DNA of 64,000 bases from Paramoeba atlantica (Eukaryota > Protista > Discosea): contig CDRNVI010000051.1 of assembly GCA_977017575.1 (NCBI GenBank), forward strand, positions 332,516 through 396,515. The letters run 5' to 3'. A model generated the notes under the pieces. It had not been told where the DNA came from. It did no database searches and saw nothing but the letters and a program-made list of their open reading frames with translations. This document shows positions 10,415-20,915 of this stretch, piece after piece. Position 1 is the stretch's first letter, and each line of letters starts with the position of its first letter. Made by a program: the position numbers and the translations under genes.

Positions 10415-12761
10415 AACCGGGGGTCAGCTCAATATTAAGGTTAGTTTAATATTAAGATCTACTTTAATATTAATATTGACACTTTAATATTAAGATTCAC
10501 GTTAACATTAAGCTTCGATTTTTTACGGATTTTCTTTGGCTCTTTGACTTTTCTGATTTTTCTAATGGACGTTATCGCTACAGTTTGGCCTTTCCGAGGA
10601 GGCCATGGGTCACGGTGGCCTCCCTTGAGGACCACTAGACGTGTCCTCCGCCGACGAGACTCTCGGCTCTCTGCATCTGGCGGTGGCCGAGCTCCCCGCA
10701 CCTCGGCTCTGTCGCAGCTCTCTGCACCTGGAATGCCCCCGAAACTGTAATATGGGGATTACGCATCCGGCTCTCTGCACCTGGGACGCCAGCTCTCCGC
10801 ACCAGCACACCTCCGGCGAGGACGAAACCTCACTTGATCCACCCGTCGTATGCGGGATAAGGACATAGTGAGTAAATCTCTGCACTATAAGTGCATGATA
10901 AAACAATGACGGCACTCAACGTAATTACGGAACACCTTAGTTAAGGGACAACCCCTTCTGGGACAAAAGTGTCCCGTAATTAAATGTCACTTAGCTTTGA
11001 CCTGTCTCACGGAAAAGGGCAATACTACATACACAATATATCTCCCCATGGAGCCACCGAGTCCAAGTTTCTGGTGAGTGATTGTACTGCAGGTTCTGTT
11101 GCTATATTTTTTCTTATTTTTGTACATGGCATATATGGGCGTGTAAAACTTTTCTGCTGACAATATGCCGGTCGAGCCGGATCCACCACACTTCGTTCCA
11201 GGCAGTGGAGCGAAACGCACTCCCAAGGCCCAAGTGTGAAGAACCGGATGAAAGATCAAATGATAGTGAAGCATCACATTCCAGTGATTCAGAGGATTCC
11301 TGTAAACTTTGAAAAAAAGGAGGTAGAAGTTCTACCGTAGAACTAAGATTTGCCCTTAAACGGGGGTACAACGGGAGTACGACTTAATGTACCGGGTACC
11401 CTTTTATATACCGGGGGGGGGGGTATAATCGCTACCCAATATACCCCCACCCCCTTGTTTTTCACGGTGCCGTCATGAAATTACCCCTTTTAACCTCTTT
11501 GGTTAAGGTTGTCTAGCAAAAACAAACACTAAAAACATTGGAGCTAATATACCCCCCACCCCCCCGCATTATACCCCCCACCCGGTATAAACGGAGAGCG
11601 AATATACCCCCCCTTAATATACAGGGTATACTTTATTATACCCCCCTGTACATATTAAGATTAGCATCTTTCCAATCTTAATTATCAAGATTGCTAAGAA
11701 CCCTGTCAACTCCACCGTCGATGGCGAGGCCAAAGAATTTAGCTCCATCTATGGTTCGTCGAATGTCTTCCCAGATCATGTCGGCAATTCGACGTTCACT
11801 GATATGAAATTCGCGAGGAGAAGGAAGGATCGATGCAGCTTCTGAAGGATGTATGTCGGGGGGAAATTCTTGAAATAAGGTCTTTACGCACTCGAGGAAT
11901 CCTTCGGTAGAAAGATTTCTCTGAGCTGCGAAACATGGGAGAGCTTCGGAGATGTACTCCTCTAGCGACTTGGGATTTGCAACTTCACTGGAGTCTTCCA
12001 TCCCCTGCTGCGCCTTCGAGCAGCACTCTTTCAAATGTTTATAACAAAAATTCTCCCCCTTGCTATGGGTCACCCACCCACATACTTTACATCGAACATG
12101 CTGTGTGTGGCCCATAGCATCATTCCGGATGCCTGAGACGTTTTTCCGAGCCCACTCGAGGCACAATTTTCCAGAGGACTCAACGCCGAGATCGCATCGC
12201 TCGTACGTTAATTGCTCCTGTCGACGGAGGCTTCCACAAGCGAGTGGATCGTTCCCGCAGTTGCTTTTTCTCTTTCTCTGGAGAACATTCTCCTCTTCAA
12301 GCGGAGAGAGGGACGCACTTAACGCTACTTGGGAAGGTGTCTCTTCTAACTGTGACGTAATTGCGGCTACTCTCTCGCGATGCTCCCGTGCTGACGGTCG
12401 CTTTCTTGTGTTTTCAGGGGTGGGGGTTGAAGGTGCGCTTTCCGAGTTCTTTGAACGTTGCGTCATTTAAAACAGTGAGTGAGAAGGTGATTAAAGGAAG
12501 TGATAAGGTGCAAACAAAAAGGCTGAGCAATACTTGTGTACCAGTCCTAAATGTCGCAATAAAGACAAATCTTTCCATTCATATACAGGGAAAAACTACA
12601 TTTCTATAGACACTTAATAAGATTATAGACACCTTCGAAAAGTAGTATCTCATAGTATATAAGATATCTCATAGTATAAGTAGTATCTCATAGTATAAAA
12701 TACTAGTTAGACTATGTTAATATTAGCATTTCCAATCTTAATATTAGACTGACCCCCGGTT
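10415..12761. mobile_element. Nested TIR element, TA|AACC class (copy 2 at 23819-26174)
   Basis: TA|AACCGGGGGTCAG ... CTGACCCCCGGTT|TA, a 13-bp perfect TIR, followed by AATATTAAG subterminal repeats. Confidence 0.75.
11678..12466 (-). pseudogene. 3'-truncated hAT-like transposase, N-terminal part only (copy at 25091-25879)
   Basis: CKVC...KHLKEC zinc-finger-like motif, LPC..QRNL and WEDIRRTIDGAKFFGLAIDGGVDR align with the N-terminal part of the 809-aa ORF at 50611. It stops just after the first catalytic Asp. Confidence 0.75.
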
Positions 12762-14484
12762 TAATCACAAAAGAGAAGAGAACCCCACAATATGTGCAAC
12801 ACAATTGATTCAGTCCCAAAGAGACTTCGAAACGTGTTGCAAAACAATGGAAGCCATTCCGGATACTACTCCTCTTCTCATTAATTTTAATAAATGCCAT
12901 TCCTATTTTTTCAAAGAAAAATTATAGATTTTCAAAAAATTATGGTTTTGAAGAAAAAAACAGGAAAAGCTAGAATAGAGGGGAGGACACCGCAGAAAAA
13001 TTTGACCCTCGCTTCCGACAAGGGCCTTGGATCTCACGTTCTGCGATAGCTTAGCGCAGAAAAATAGCGTTTTTCCATCAGGCAGGATCATCAATCAGGA
13101 CTTTTTGCCTAACCATTCTCATTAATTTCTATAAATATAAATTTTCTTTTTTGTTATAATTAATATTTATAGAAATTAATGAGAGGAGTTCTTTGCATTC
13201 AGAGTTAACTTTTGGACACAACCGTTTTTTGCTCCATTTTTCATAGACAAAAAGATGTCATATTTTTTTATTTTGGTCAACTTTCGGGTCACCCAGGGGG
13301 CACCAGGGGGTCTCTATGAAAAAAAGGCGGAAGAAGTCTTCGCTGGGGGAACGAGATCTCTCCAATGCTGCAAAGATGAGCAAAAACGGATAAAAAAAGT
13401 CAAAATTCCGAGGGGGGGCAAGATCAACTGAGACCACTGTATAGTAGCCGTACAACAGCCATTTTCAAGCGTGCTGTATCGACATTTAGCGCTCTCGCCG
13501 TTGTATTGCAAGGCTACTGAATTTGTGCACTAGACATGTCATATGCAGCCCGATAAAAAATAGAAAAATAGGTGGTAAGAGAGTTATTCCTACCGATGAG
13601 GCAATAGAATATTCTTCACGTGGTGTTCGGCAGTACTATTGCCCCAATATCGAACACTAGTAGACTTTGAATGTGCTGACGAGCTTGCTCCATAAAAAGC
13701 GAGGGTCCCGACTTTCGAACAGGCGGAAGCCCGTGGAAAATCCAATGGAAAATCCACCGAACTACTTGAAATAAAGGTTCGTAAAGGTTTCTACTGGAAA
13801 TGCAGCATAGCCTCCGGTGAATTTGTCATAGTATCTTCGTTGATACACTCGAAGCCTCGTCAATCTAAATTGTACTGACGTCTTCGATTTTATTCAGTCT
13901 CTCGCTAGTGAGGTACGACGTACAGGATTTCCGGTACGCTTTCCAAGCCACCATGTCAGAAAAGTCGTTTTCTTGCCCTTATTTTTTCTATCGGCGCACG
14001 ATTGGCCGAAGGCCACGAGTAGGGGGTAGTATGGCCGTAGGGGGTATAGCGAGGGCGTGCCTGAGCGGGCCTGAGTCATACGCGGCGTTGTTAGTGGAAA
14101 AAAATTTGCGAATTGCAACAATTTTCGAAGCCCGATGTACTTGCACCAAAACATCTGCTTTTTGTCTGATGAAAAACAAATTCTGGAAAACAAAAGCGTG
14201 GGCGGTGGGGGAAGTAAACTGAGCGTGAAGAAATGTAGCTGAAAAAAGTGTCGAAAAGCGGAAAAATATCAGGAAAAATAGCCGAGGCACTGAACCTCCT
14301 TAACAGGCACCCAATCCTGCCTAACACATTGACCCTTCCCCTGCGAGAAACACCAAACTCAGAACGATACAGAAGACATCTCAAACAATTAGAAAACGCC
14401 TGAGAGCTAGAGCCCGAGCGTCGCTCGCTGCACGATAGGGCGGTACACCGCAGTGTACAAAGATGACACATCCACTCGAGTAAT

Positions 14485-14889
14485 TTGACCTCGACCATGC
14501 GAACTAAAATTCGCGAAGGAACCGGGGCATCATTTAATACACAACGTGTAAAAGATTCATTCCCATTCGGAGACAGTTTAGAATCTCAGATCCGGTTCCT
14601 CCACGCAGACGTGCGCACCTACTACACCAATTCCCCATATCTGCGGTTCTCGGCGACGTCTGTGTCCGCATTGGCACTCGGATTCTCAGGTCCCGCGTAT
14701 TGCACATGGGCTTTAAGCTCGCGTGTGGAATTGCGCAGGCACTAATCTGGGGCACAATTCTACACAGAGAACCTGGCGATGAGTTACTAGACCCTATCAC
14801 AGAGCTAAATCAAGAAACAGCACCAGGCATTGTACAAAACCCAGGAAAAGCAGTAATCGCTATCTTGTACGACTCAATCCTGTTAGTGG
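14485..14889 (+). pseudogene. DIRS/TATE/VIPER-like reverse transcriptase fragment (copy at 27898-28302)
   Basis: Across one frameshift: FLHADVRTYY-QFPIS (motif A), RVLHMGFKLACGIAQA (motif B), ILYDSILLV (motif C-like). It is cut off there by the second 230-bp repeat. Confidence 0.55.
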
Positions 14890-15505
14890 CGAGGGCGCGC
14901 GTGAGCGGACCTGAGCCATACGCGGCGTTGTTAGTGGGAAACAATTTTCGAATTGTAAAATTTTTCGAAGCCCCATGAACAGGCACTAAAACATCTGCTT
15001 TTTGTCGGTTGGAAAACAAATTCTAGAAAAAAAGTGACAGGGAAAAGTGGAAAACTAAAGCGCGGGCGGGGTGGAAGTACCTTGAACGTGAAAAAAAGTA
15101 TCTGAAAAAAGTGTCGAAAAGCGGAAAAATATCAGGAAAAACATTTTTTGTGAAGCAGGGCGAATGCAGTAAGCCAAAAGTGGTGAAGAAAAGGGATAGG
15201 AAAGGTACAAAAAGTCGTGTTCTAAATGAATCATAACAAATAAATGAAAATAATTATGGAAATAATTTATCAAAATTTTACAAATCAATATTTTTTTGGC
15301 GCTTTTTAGGTATACTTTTTAGTTATTATGGAGAAACGCGTTCGCTATATTGTAGATCACTTGCAACACCTTTTTTACGTAGATGTGTCGCAGAAAAGTA
15401 ATAACAACAAATTTACGACTCCTCTGTGGTACTATCCGAGTAGTCACTATACAAACTTGATAATGAGTTTATAGTTTCACTGGAACTGTAGTCCCCCGAA
15501 TTAGA

Positions 15506-16258
15506 CTATCCTTGCGGTAAATACATCACGTACGACGGCAATTTCACATCTGGAGCATAGGAAGAAAAATTGTTGCGTCGCAAATCTAGATGCACAATCA
15601 CGTCTCGATTAGTCGGTTTCAATAAAGTCTTCAAATCCACGACCCCTTCAAGACGGTTGCGGTGGAGGCCCAAATATTGGATAGTCTCCGGAAGTTTGTC
15701 TAATTTTATAGTCCCTGTAAATAAATTGCGATCAAGAAACAGCTGGAGTAGCATCGGCGGAAGGGCAGTTAGGTTTATCTCACCAGAAAATCGATTACTC
15801 TGGACCATCATTTCTGTAAGAGTTCGAGGCAGGTTCGTAAGATCAAGTGCACCAGACAAAACGTTAGTCTCGGCGATGAAATAATCTAACTGTTCGGGGT
15901 ACTGTATTTCAGTTACTGCACCCTCGAGGCGCGGGTGTCCTACTACGGCTATATGAAGCAGGGTTTTAGGTAAATTATCCCAAGAGAGGTGCCCACGTAA
16001 TCTAAGTGTGCGAAAACTGTGATACCATGATATTCCGATAATAGTTTGTGTAGAATCACACACCACTCCTAACCAGGTACATACAGAAACTTTTTTTACT
16101 TTCCCGAACCATCCTTTTTTTGAAGTTTTCCACGATTTTGGCTTCTCAAGAATGGGTGACACAAACCGTTCCATCATGTCTTCTTGAGGAAGCAAATAAG
16201 AAGAGACTTTACCACGCCTCAAGTCAGAGCCGTCGTCAGCGTTGTAAACAGTAAACAT
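15506..16258 (-). CDS. LRR-only protein, 250 aa, about 6 repeats
   Basis: MERFV...CTWLGVVC cap followed by LPxxL...N.F.G.I.L repeats. Confidence 0.9.
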   Translation of the reverse strand: MFTVYNADDGSDLRRGKVSSYLLPQEDMMERFVSPILEKPKSWKTSKKGWFGKVKKVSVCTWLGVVCDSTQTIIGISWYHSFRTLRLRGHLSWDNLPKTLLHIAVVGHPRLEGAVTEIQYPEQLDYFIAETNVLSGALDLTNLPRTLTEMMVQSNRFSGEINLTALPPMLLQLFLDRNLFTGTIKLDKLPETIQYLGLHRNRLEGVVDLKTLLKPTNRDVIVHLDLRRNNFSSYAPDVKLPSYVMYLPQG

Positions 16259-18104
16259 TAAACAGAATTTTTTAAACTGTTTTCTTTTCCTTTAAACTGT
16301 GTTTTTTAAGCGGGAGTATGATTATTGTACAAAATTAGAGCTTCGTCACGTACGAAATGCATAAAAACCAAAAGTCTTGGGAAATTTTGAACTAACTCTC
16401 ACAAGAATACTATCTGTTTTTACTTACCACCTCTTTTTATCCTTTCTAAAAGTTTGTTGCAAGGATTTGAAATGGGATTAGTTCTACTGAAGGGGTATGC
16501 TGAAGACACTCCCTTCATAAAGTGCCCAAAAAAAGTCTGAAAAATATATTTGGTTTCTACCTCAAACGATTTACATAATAGCTATTTTTTGACGACAAGA
16601 AAAGTCGTTTTTTTGCACGAGTGTTTTCAAACTGCGCACGAGCGGCCGAAGGCCACGAGTGTTTTCTGAGTCGAAAACATGGCTTTCCTTATATTTTATC
16701 CGCTTTGAGACATTTTTGCTAAGATTTTCTACAGTTTTACATGGGAAAAAGAATGCCCAGTAAAGAGGGGAACAACACGCGGCGTTGTTAGTGGGAAAAC
16801 ATCCGCCTTTTGCCTGATGAAAACTAATTTCTGGAAAACAAAAGTGCGTGTGGAGGGAAAAGTAGAAGACAAAAGTGTAGGCGGAGGGAAAAGTAACCTG
16901 AGCGTGAAGAAATTTTTCTGATAAAAGCGTCGAAAAGCGGAAGAATATCAGATTATATCAAATGTTTTATGTAAAGTTTTATGTATACGAACCCATGGTC
17001 AAAATAAGGCGCCCTCCTCTAAAATCTCAATGCTTCGTTTTTTAGGCTAATTTTGTTGCATTTTATAGATCTCAACACATTTTTTTGGATTTTTTAGATC
17101 TCAATATAGAGAATTTCCGGGTTAAGAAGCGTAGCCCCCTCTTAAAACGCTTCTCAAAAATTTACACTCTTTAACAGCAAAAATGTTCTCCCCTCTGAGA
17201 AATTCAACTTTGTTTCCTCTCATTTTTGTTGCAAACGAGAGATCTCGTTTCACTAGCGAAGATTATTGATACATTCATCTCATAGTGACCCCTGGTGCCT
17301 CCCGATAGCAGGAATCGGTTAGAGCTTTGGGTTAGAGATCGGTCGTGAAAGTTAGCGTTCAATCCGTCTTTATGGAACAAATCTTATATACGCCAACATC
17401 TTTAAAAGATGATCTTTTATCACCCACTTGATGGTAATAGTGAAGAACATAGCAGAAAATCTGTCAAGAAAGCTCACAGGGCAACAGGTCGCTCCATTTG
17501 AATTCTTTTACTTTAACTATCGTACAATCCATTATTGCAACGGATCGCTCCTATAGTTTATGGAATTCATCGGGAAGCATGTGCAATTTTCTATGCAGGG
17601 GGTTCTAAAGTAGGGACCCCATCCCGGGGTTTTGAAAAACGTTCGGGGACCACTTTCCGCGTTAATCAACTCACCAGAGGTTATTGCTCCGTTTTGGCGT
17701 TGCATACTACTGTAAAGTCTACGTATTCCTTTCGTTAATTTCGTAATATTCTAGCGCCGAAGGGAAGGTAGTCATTGCATAAAAAAGGATTACGTACATA
17801 TTTGTCGTATGGGAAGGATTAAAAATGGAAAGGTTAAATGATGGTGGGATTAAGCTTATCTTTGTCAAATTAGTAACATGCTGATTAACAGGTCCAAAAA
17901 CAAATCTATCTAGCGCATACCGAGCGACCAATTGAGAACGTAGTCCTTTCCCTGCTAAATTGCAGTTAAATTGTAAAGTACATTTTATCCTTCCACAATT
18001 CACACAAACTCTTTTCACCTACCAGCAACCGTTTCATTTGTGAAGTGATCTTGCTTAATTTTACTTCATTTGACTCTCGGGGAACATGAACTCTCAGTGA
18101 AGTG

Positions 18105-18731
18105 CTACTCATCCCCCTGTGCTTGTTGTGCATACGTCGTGGAGTGCTTTTCCACCACAAATCCCGGCACGGGGCCGTGTGTGGCCCACCGGGTGTGGGC
18201 AACCCCAGAGCCGAGCGTGAGAGAAGGTGAAGAAGAAGATACAGAGGAACCCGTAGATAAAGATAAACAACCCGAGGAGGGTGATGCGCTACTACAGACA
18301 ACTCCCGAGACGACTCCCGAAGAAGCCGAAAAAGATGAAGAACACGAACGACTCGCGCATCCTGAAGCTGGAAAAGACGACAAACAAGCGGATGAACCCC
18401 CCCTCGACCCTTCTGCTGATTTCAGCTCTCCTACCGCACAGGAGCTCCTCTCCTCCGTGTCGCCCTCTCTCTGGTTTATATTCCTATCCTCCTTCTCCCC
18501 TATCAGCTCCCACCCGGTTTGTTGTTTCACGTAATCCACGAGGTTGGAGACGTTGCCTTTCTTCTTAATAATCTTTGGAGCATTGCGGGGATCCGAGGCG
18601 GCATCAAAGCTAATCCCAGCGGAGTCGTACCCGCGGTACTCCAGTCGCCGTAGTCCACGTAGGAGAGTGACGACTAGGGATTCCGGGGAGTGGGGGAGAC
18701 CGAAGAATGCGTAGGCAAAGATTCCACACAT
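18105..18731 (-). CDS. Chimeric ORF: GFAT residues 1-187 fused in frame to the last 21 aa of exportin-1
   Basis: Identical to GFAT through HTRWATHGP, then VPGFVVEKHSTTYAQQAQGDE, which is the CRM1 C-terminus. It spans the duplication junction. Confidence 0.85.
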   Translation of the reverse strand: MCGIFAYAFFGLPHSPESLVVTLLRGLRRLEYRGYDSAGISFDAASDPRNAPKIIKKKGNVSNLVDYVKQQTGWELIGEKEDRNINQREGDTEERSSCAVGELKSAEGSRGGSSACLSSFPASGCASRSCSSSFSASSGVVSGVVCSSASPSSGCLSLSTGSSVSSSSPSLTLGSGVAHTRWATHGPVPGFVVEKHSTTYAQQAQGDE

Positions 18732-19010
18732 GGGAAAAGAGATAGTTTAGAAGGGAAAGAGATAGTATAGTTTTAAAGTAGTATAGTTTTTTCCGTTTTC
18801 GAAGGGGTTAATCTCTTTTAATAAAAACAAGAGCTATACAAGAAAGACAGAAACGATTCACGTTTTAATTCAATTTATAGGGGAAAATGAGAATTGAAAA
18901 CAGGTAAAAGGGAATTGCCCAGAAACGGGGTACGATTTTCTTCGTATTCTGTAGCTATGGATCTGGGCGCCATATGCACAACACCCGTGAGCTAAATGGA
19001 GAGCGCAGTA

Positions 19011-20915
19011 TTACTCCAATACGACACAAGAAGGAGCTGGTGTCGGCAACACAGTACTAAACTGGTTTCCAGAGAGACACAGGGTTAGCATTGACGATGG
19101 GACGTGAGAAGTGTCAATGATGCCGGTGAATTTATTGTGGCTTAAGTCCAGAGTGCATAAATCATTTGGAAGAGCCCGAAGCTCAATTTCACCAGAGAAA
19201 AGATTGTGCTGTAGATACAGATCTTCTAATTTTGAGCACAATCGTGTGAAGTCAGGAGTTCCTGTAAGAAAGTTGTTCTCCAAGTGAAGTTCGGCCAAAT
19301 TATCCGGAAGCAAAGACAAATTCACGGGTCCAAAAAAGTGATTGTTCGCTAGGTTTAAGGAGCGCAATTCAGCATTCAGATCAGACAAGTTAATTTCTCC
19401 CACAAAATTGTTATTATTCAGCCGGAGGATATCAAGGCCAGCGGGAAGCATCGTAAGATCGATGGTTCCATCGAATTTATTATGTTCTGCGCAGAATTGA
19501 ATTAGTGCTTCAGGAAGACATGGCAGAACGAGAGGTCCCGCCAAATCTGGATTATTGTTAATGAAACAATCTTCAAGATTTTCGGGTAGATTTTTGGTAC
19601 GAAACTCCCCACTAAACATATTATTATTTAGTGCGAGTTTTGTCAAGTACTGCGGGAGGTTTCCGATAGCAACAGAGGGACCTAATTGATTATGACTCAG
19701 CCAAACCTCCTCTATGGTTTCCGGCAGATGTGAGAGATCTACGTTGCCGACAAATTGATTTTCCATGATCATGATTTGATGCAAAGGTGGTGGAAGTTGT
19801 GTCAAATCGACGCTTCCCGTAAATTGGTTACTGTGTAGTGCAAGGTGTTCCAGTTGCTGCGGAAGTGATGTTAAGTCCAGAGACCCGGAGAGCGCATTGT
19901 TGGGTAGCGCCAAAACGTGAAGAAAGGGGGGTAACTGAGTTAGATCAACGCTCCCTGTCAGTTGGCAAGAAGCTATTGCTAGCGTCGCCAGTTGCTCGGG
20001 AAGCTGGGTAATGTCTATCGATCCTGAAAACGAATTCATCCCAAGAAACATTTCTTTTAGACCTGAGGGCAGTGTTATTAAATGAAGTTTGCCTTCGAGT
20101 TGGTTGCGATTCAGCATGAGTGAAACCAATGCTGGCGGAAGATGAGTCAAATCTACACTCCCCGCGAAATGGTTTCTCTTAAGAAATAAGGTTCGCATGG
20201 TGCATGGCAAATGATCTAAATGGAGGTCTCCGTACAGCTCATTCTGCCCAACATCAAACAGGCGTACGTTTGGCGGGAGTCGTTCAATTTCAATTTTGCC
20301 ACTAAGCTTGTTCTCCGATAATGCAATATCGCGCATTCCCTCTGGAAGATCGTTCAGAGAAATGCCACCGCTAAACTCGTTATTATTTAGGCGCAACTCT
20401 TGTAGGGCCCTTGGAAGATGACTCATCATTAACTGTCCCGTAAAGTGGTTTGATTGCAATTCTAACACAACTAGTTCGCCGCCCAGTTCAGACCATTCGA
20501 TTTCGCCCGTCAAATCGTTTTGTCCCAGATGCAGCTGCAGAATAGATCGAGGTAACTCTGATGTGGGTAAATTTCCGTACAGGGCATTGAACTGCATTTC
20601 CAGCACAGTGACAGTGGGAGGCAAATCTTTCCAATTCGGGACACCTCTTAAATTGTTACACCCCCACTGAATACGAATAATTTCGCTACCGGAATTACAT
20701 CGCACGCCCATCCACTGGCATCCCGGTGTTTTGGTATTCCAGTTTGATGAGGTTAAGGTCAGATTCGATACAAAGTGTGCCAAGTAATACTCTGAGGGCC
20801 AAATAGTTCCCCGTACTTTTTGAGGTCGAGCGGAAATGTTTCTACCCTCTATATCCCGAGGTGGAGAATGTGAAATTGTCGTCTTATCATCTCTTGCCCT
20901 TATGGCGTGAAACAT
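19011..20915 (-). CDS. LRR-only protein, 634 aa, duplicate copy
   Basis: Translation identical to 5607-7511. Confidence 0.93.
   Translation of the reverse strand: MFHAIRARDDKTTISHSPPRDIEGRNISARPQKVRGTIWPSEYYLAHFVSNLTLTSSNWNTKTPGCQWMGVRCNSGSEIIRIQWGCNNLRGVPNWKDLPPTVTVLEMQFNALYGNLPTSELPRSILQLHLGQNDLTGEIEWSELGGELVVLELQSNHFTGQLMMSHLPRALQELRLNNNEFSGGISLNDLPEGMRDIALSENKLSGKIEIERLPPNVRLFDVGQNELYGDLHLDHLPCTMRTLFLKRNHFAGSVDLTHLPPALVSLMLNRNQLEGKLHLITLPSGLKEMFLGMNSFSGSIDITQLPEQLATLAIASCQLTGSVDLTQLPPFLHVLALPNNALSGSLDLTSLPQQLEHLALHSNQFTGSVDLTQLPPPLHQIMIMENQFVGNVDLSHLPETIEEVWLSHNQLGPSVAIGNLPQYLTKLALNNNMFSGEFRTKNLPENLEDCFINNNPDLAGPLVLPCLPEALIQFCAEHNKFDGTIDLTMLPAGLDILRLNNNNFVGEINLSDLNAELRSLNLANNHFFGPVNLSLLPDNLAELHLENNFLTGTPDFTRLCSKLEDLYLQHNLFSGEIELRALPNDLCTLDLSHNKFTGIIDTSHVPSSMLTLCLSGNQFSTVLPTPAPSCVVLE

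Larger units (their letters stand above)
10031..13439. mobile_element. Non-autonomous Tc1/mariner-type element with about 150-bp imperfect TIRs and nested inserts
   Basis: TA|CAGTGGTTTCAGTTGATCTTGCCCCCCC ... GGGGGGGCAAGATCAACTGAGACCACTG|TA, with a TA TSD on both sides. Confidence 0.85.
14051..16950 (+). repeat. Three dispersed copies of a repeat of about 230 bp (14051-14280, 14889-15140, 16779-16950; also at +13413)
   Basis: Shared ACGCGGCGTTGTTAGTGG...AAAACATC.GCTTTT...GTCGAAAAGCGGAA.AATATCAG. Confidence 0.85.
4767..18172. repeat. 13.4-kb tandem segmental duplication, copy 1
   Basis: ORFs and sequence recur at +13404 and, after a 9-bp indel, at +13413. Confidence 0.97.

Noticed and set aside
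13500-13900. Tc1-like transposase remnant on the minus strand (IDEAS, AFYGA...NILLP)
   Set aside because: The motifs are short, spread over frames and could be chance matches. This needs a translated HMM search.
17719-18018. pogo-like remnant (LDRFVFGPVNQ) downstream of the CRM1 tail
   Set aside because: A single weak motif, with no other catalytic segments recognisable.
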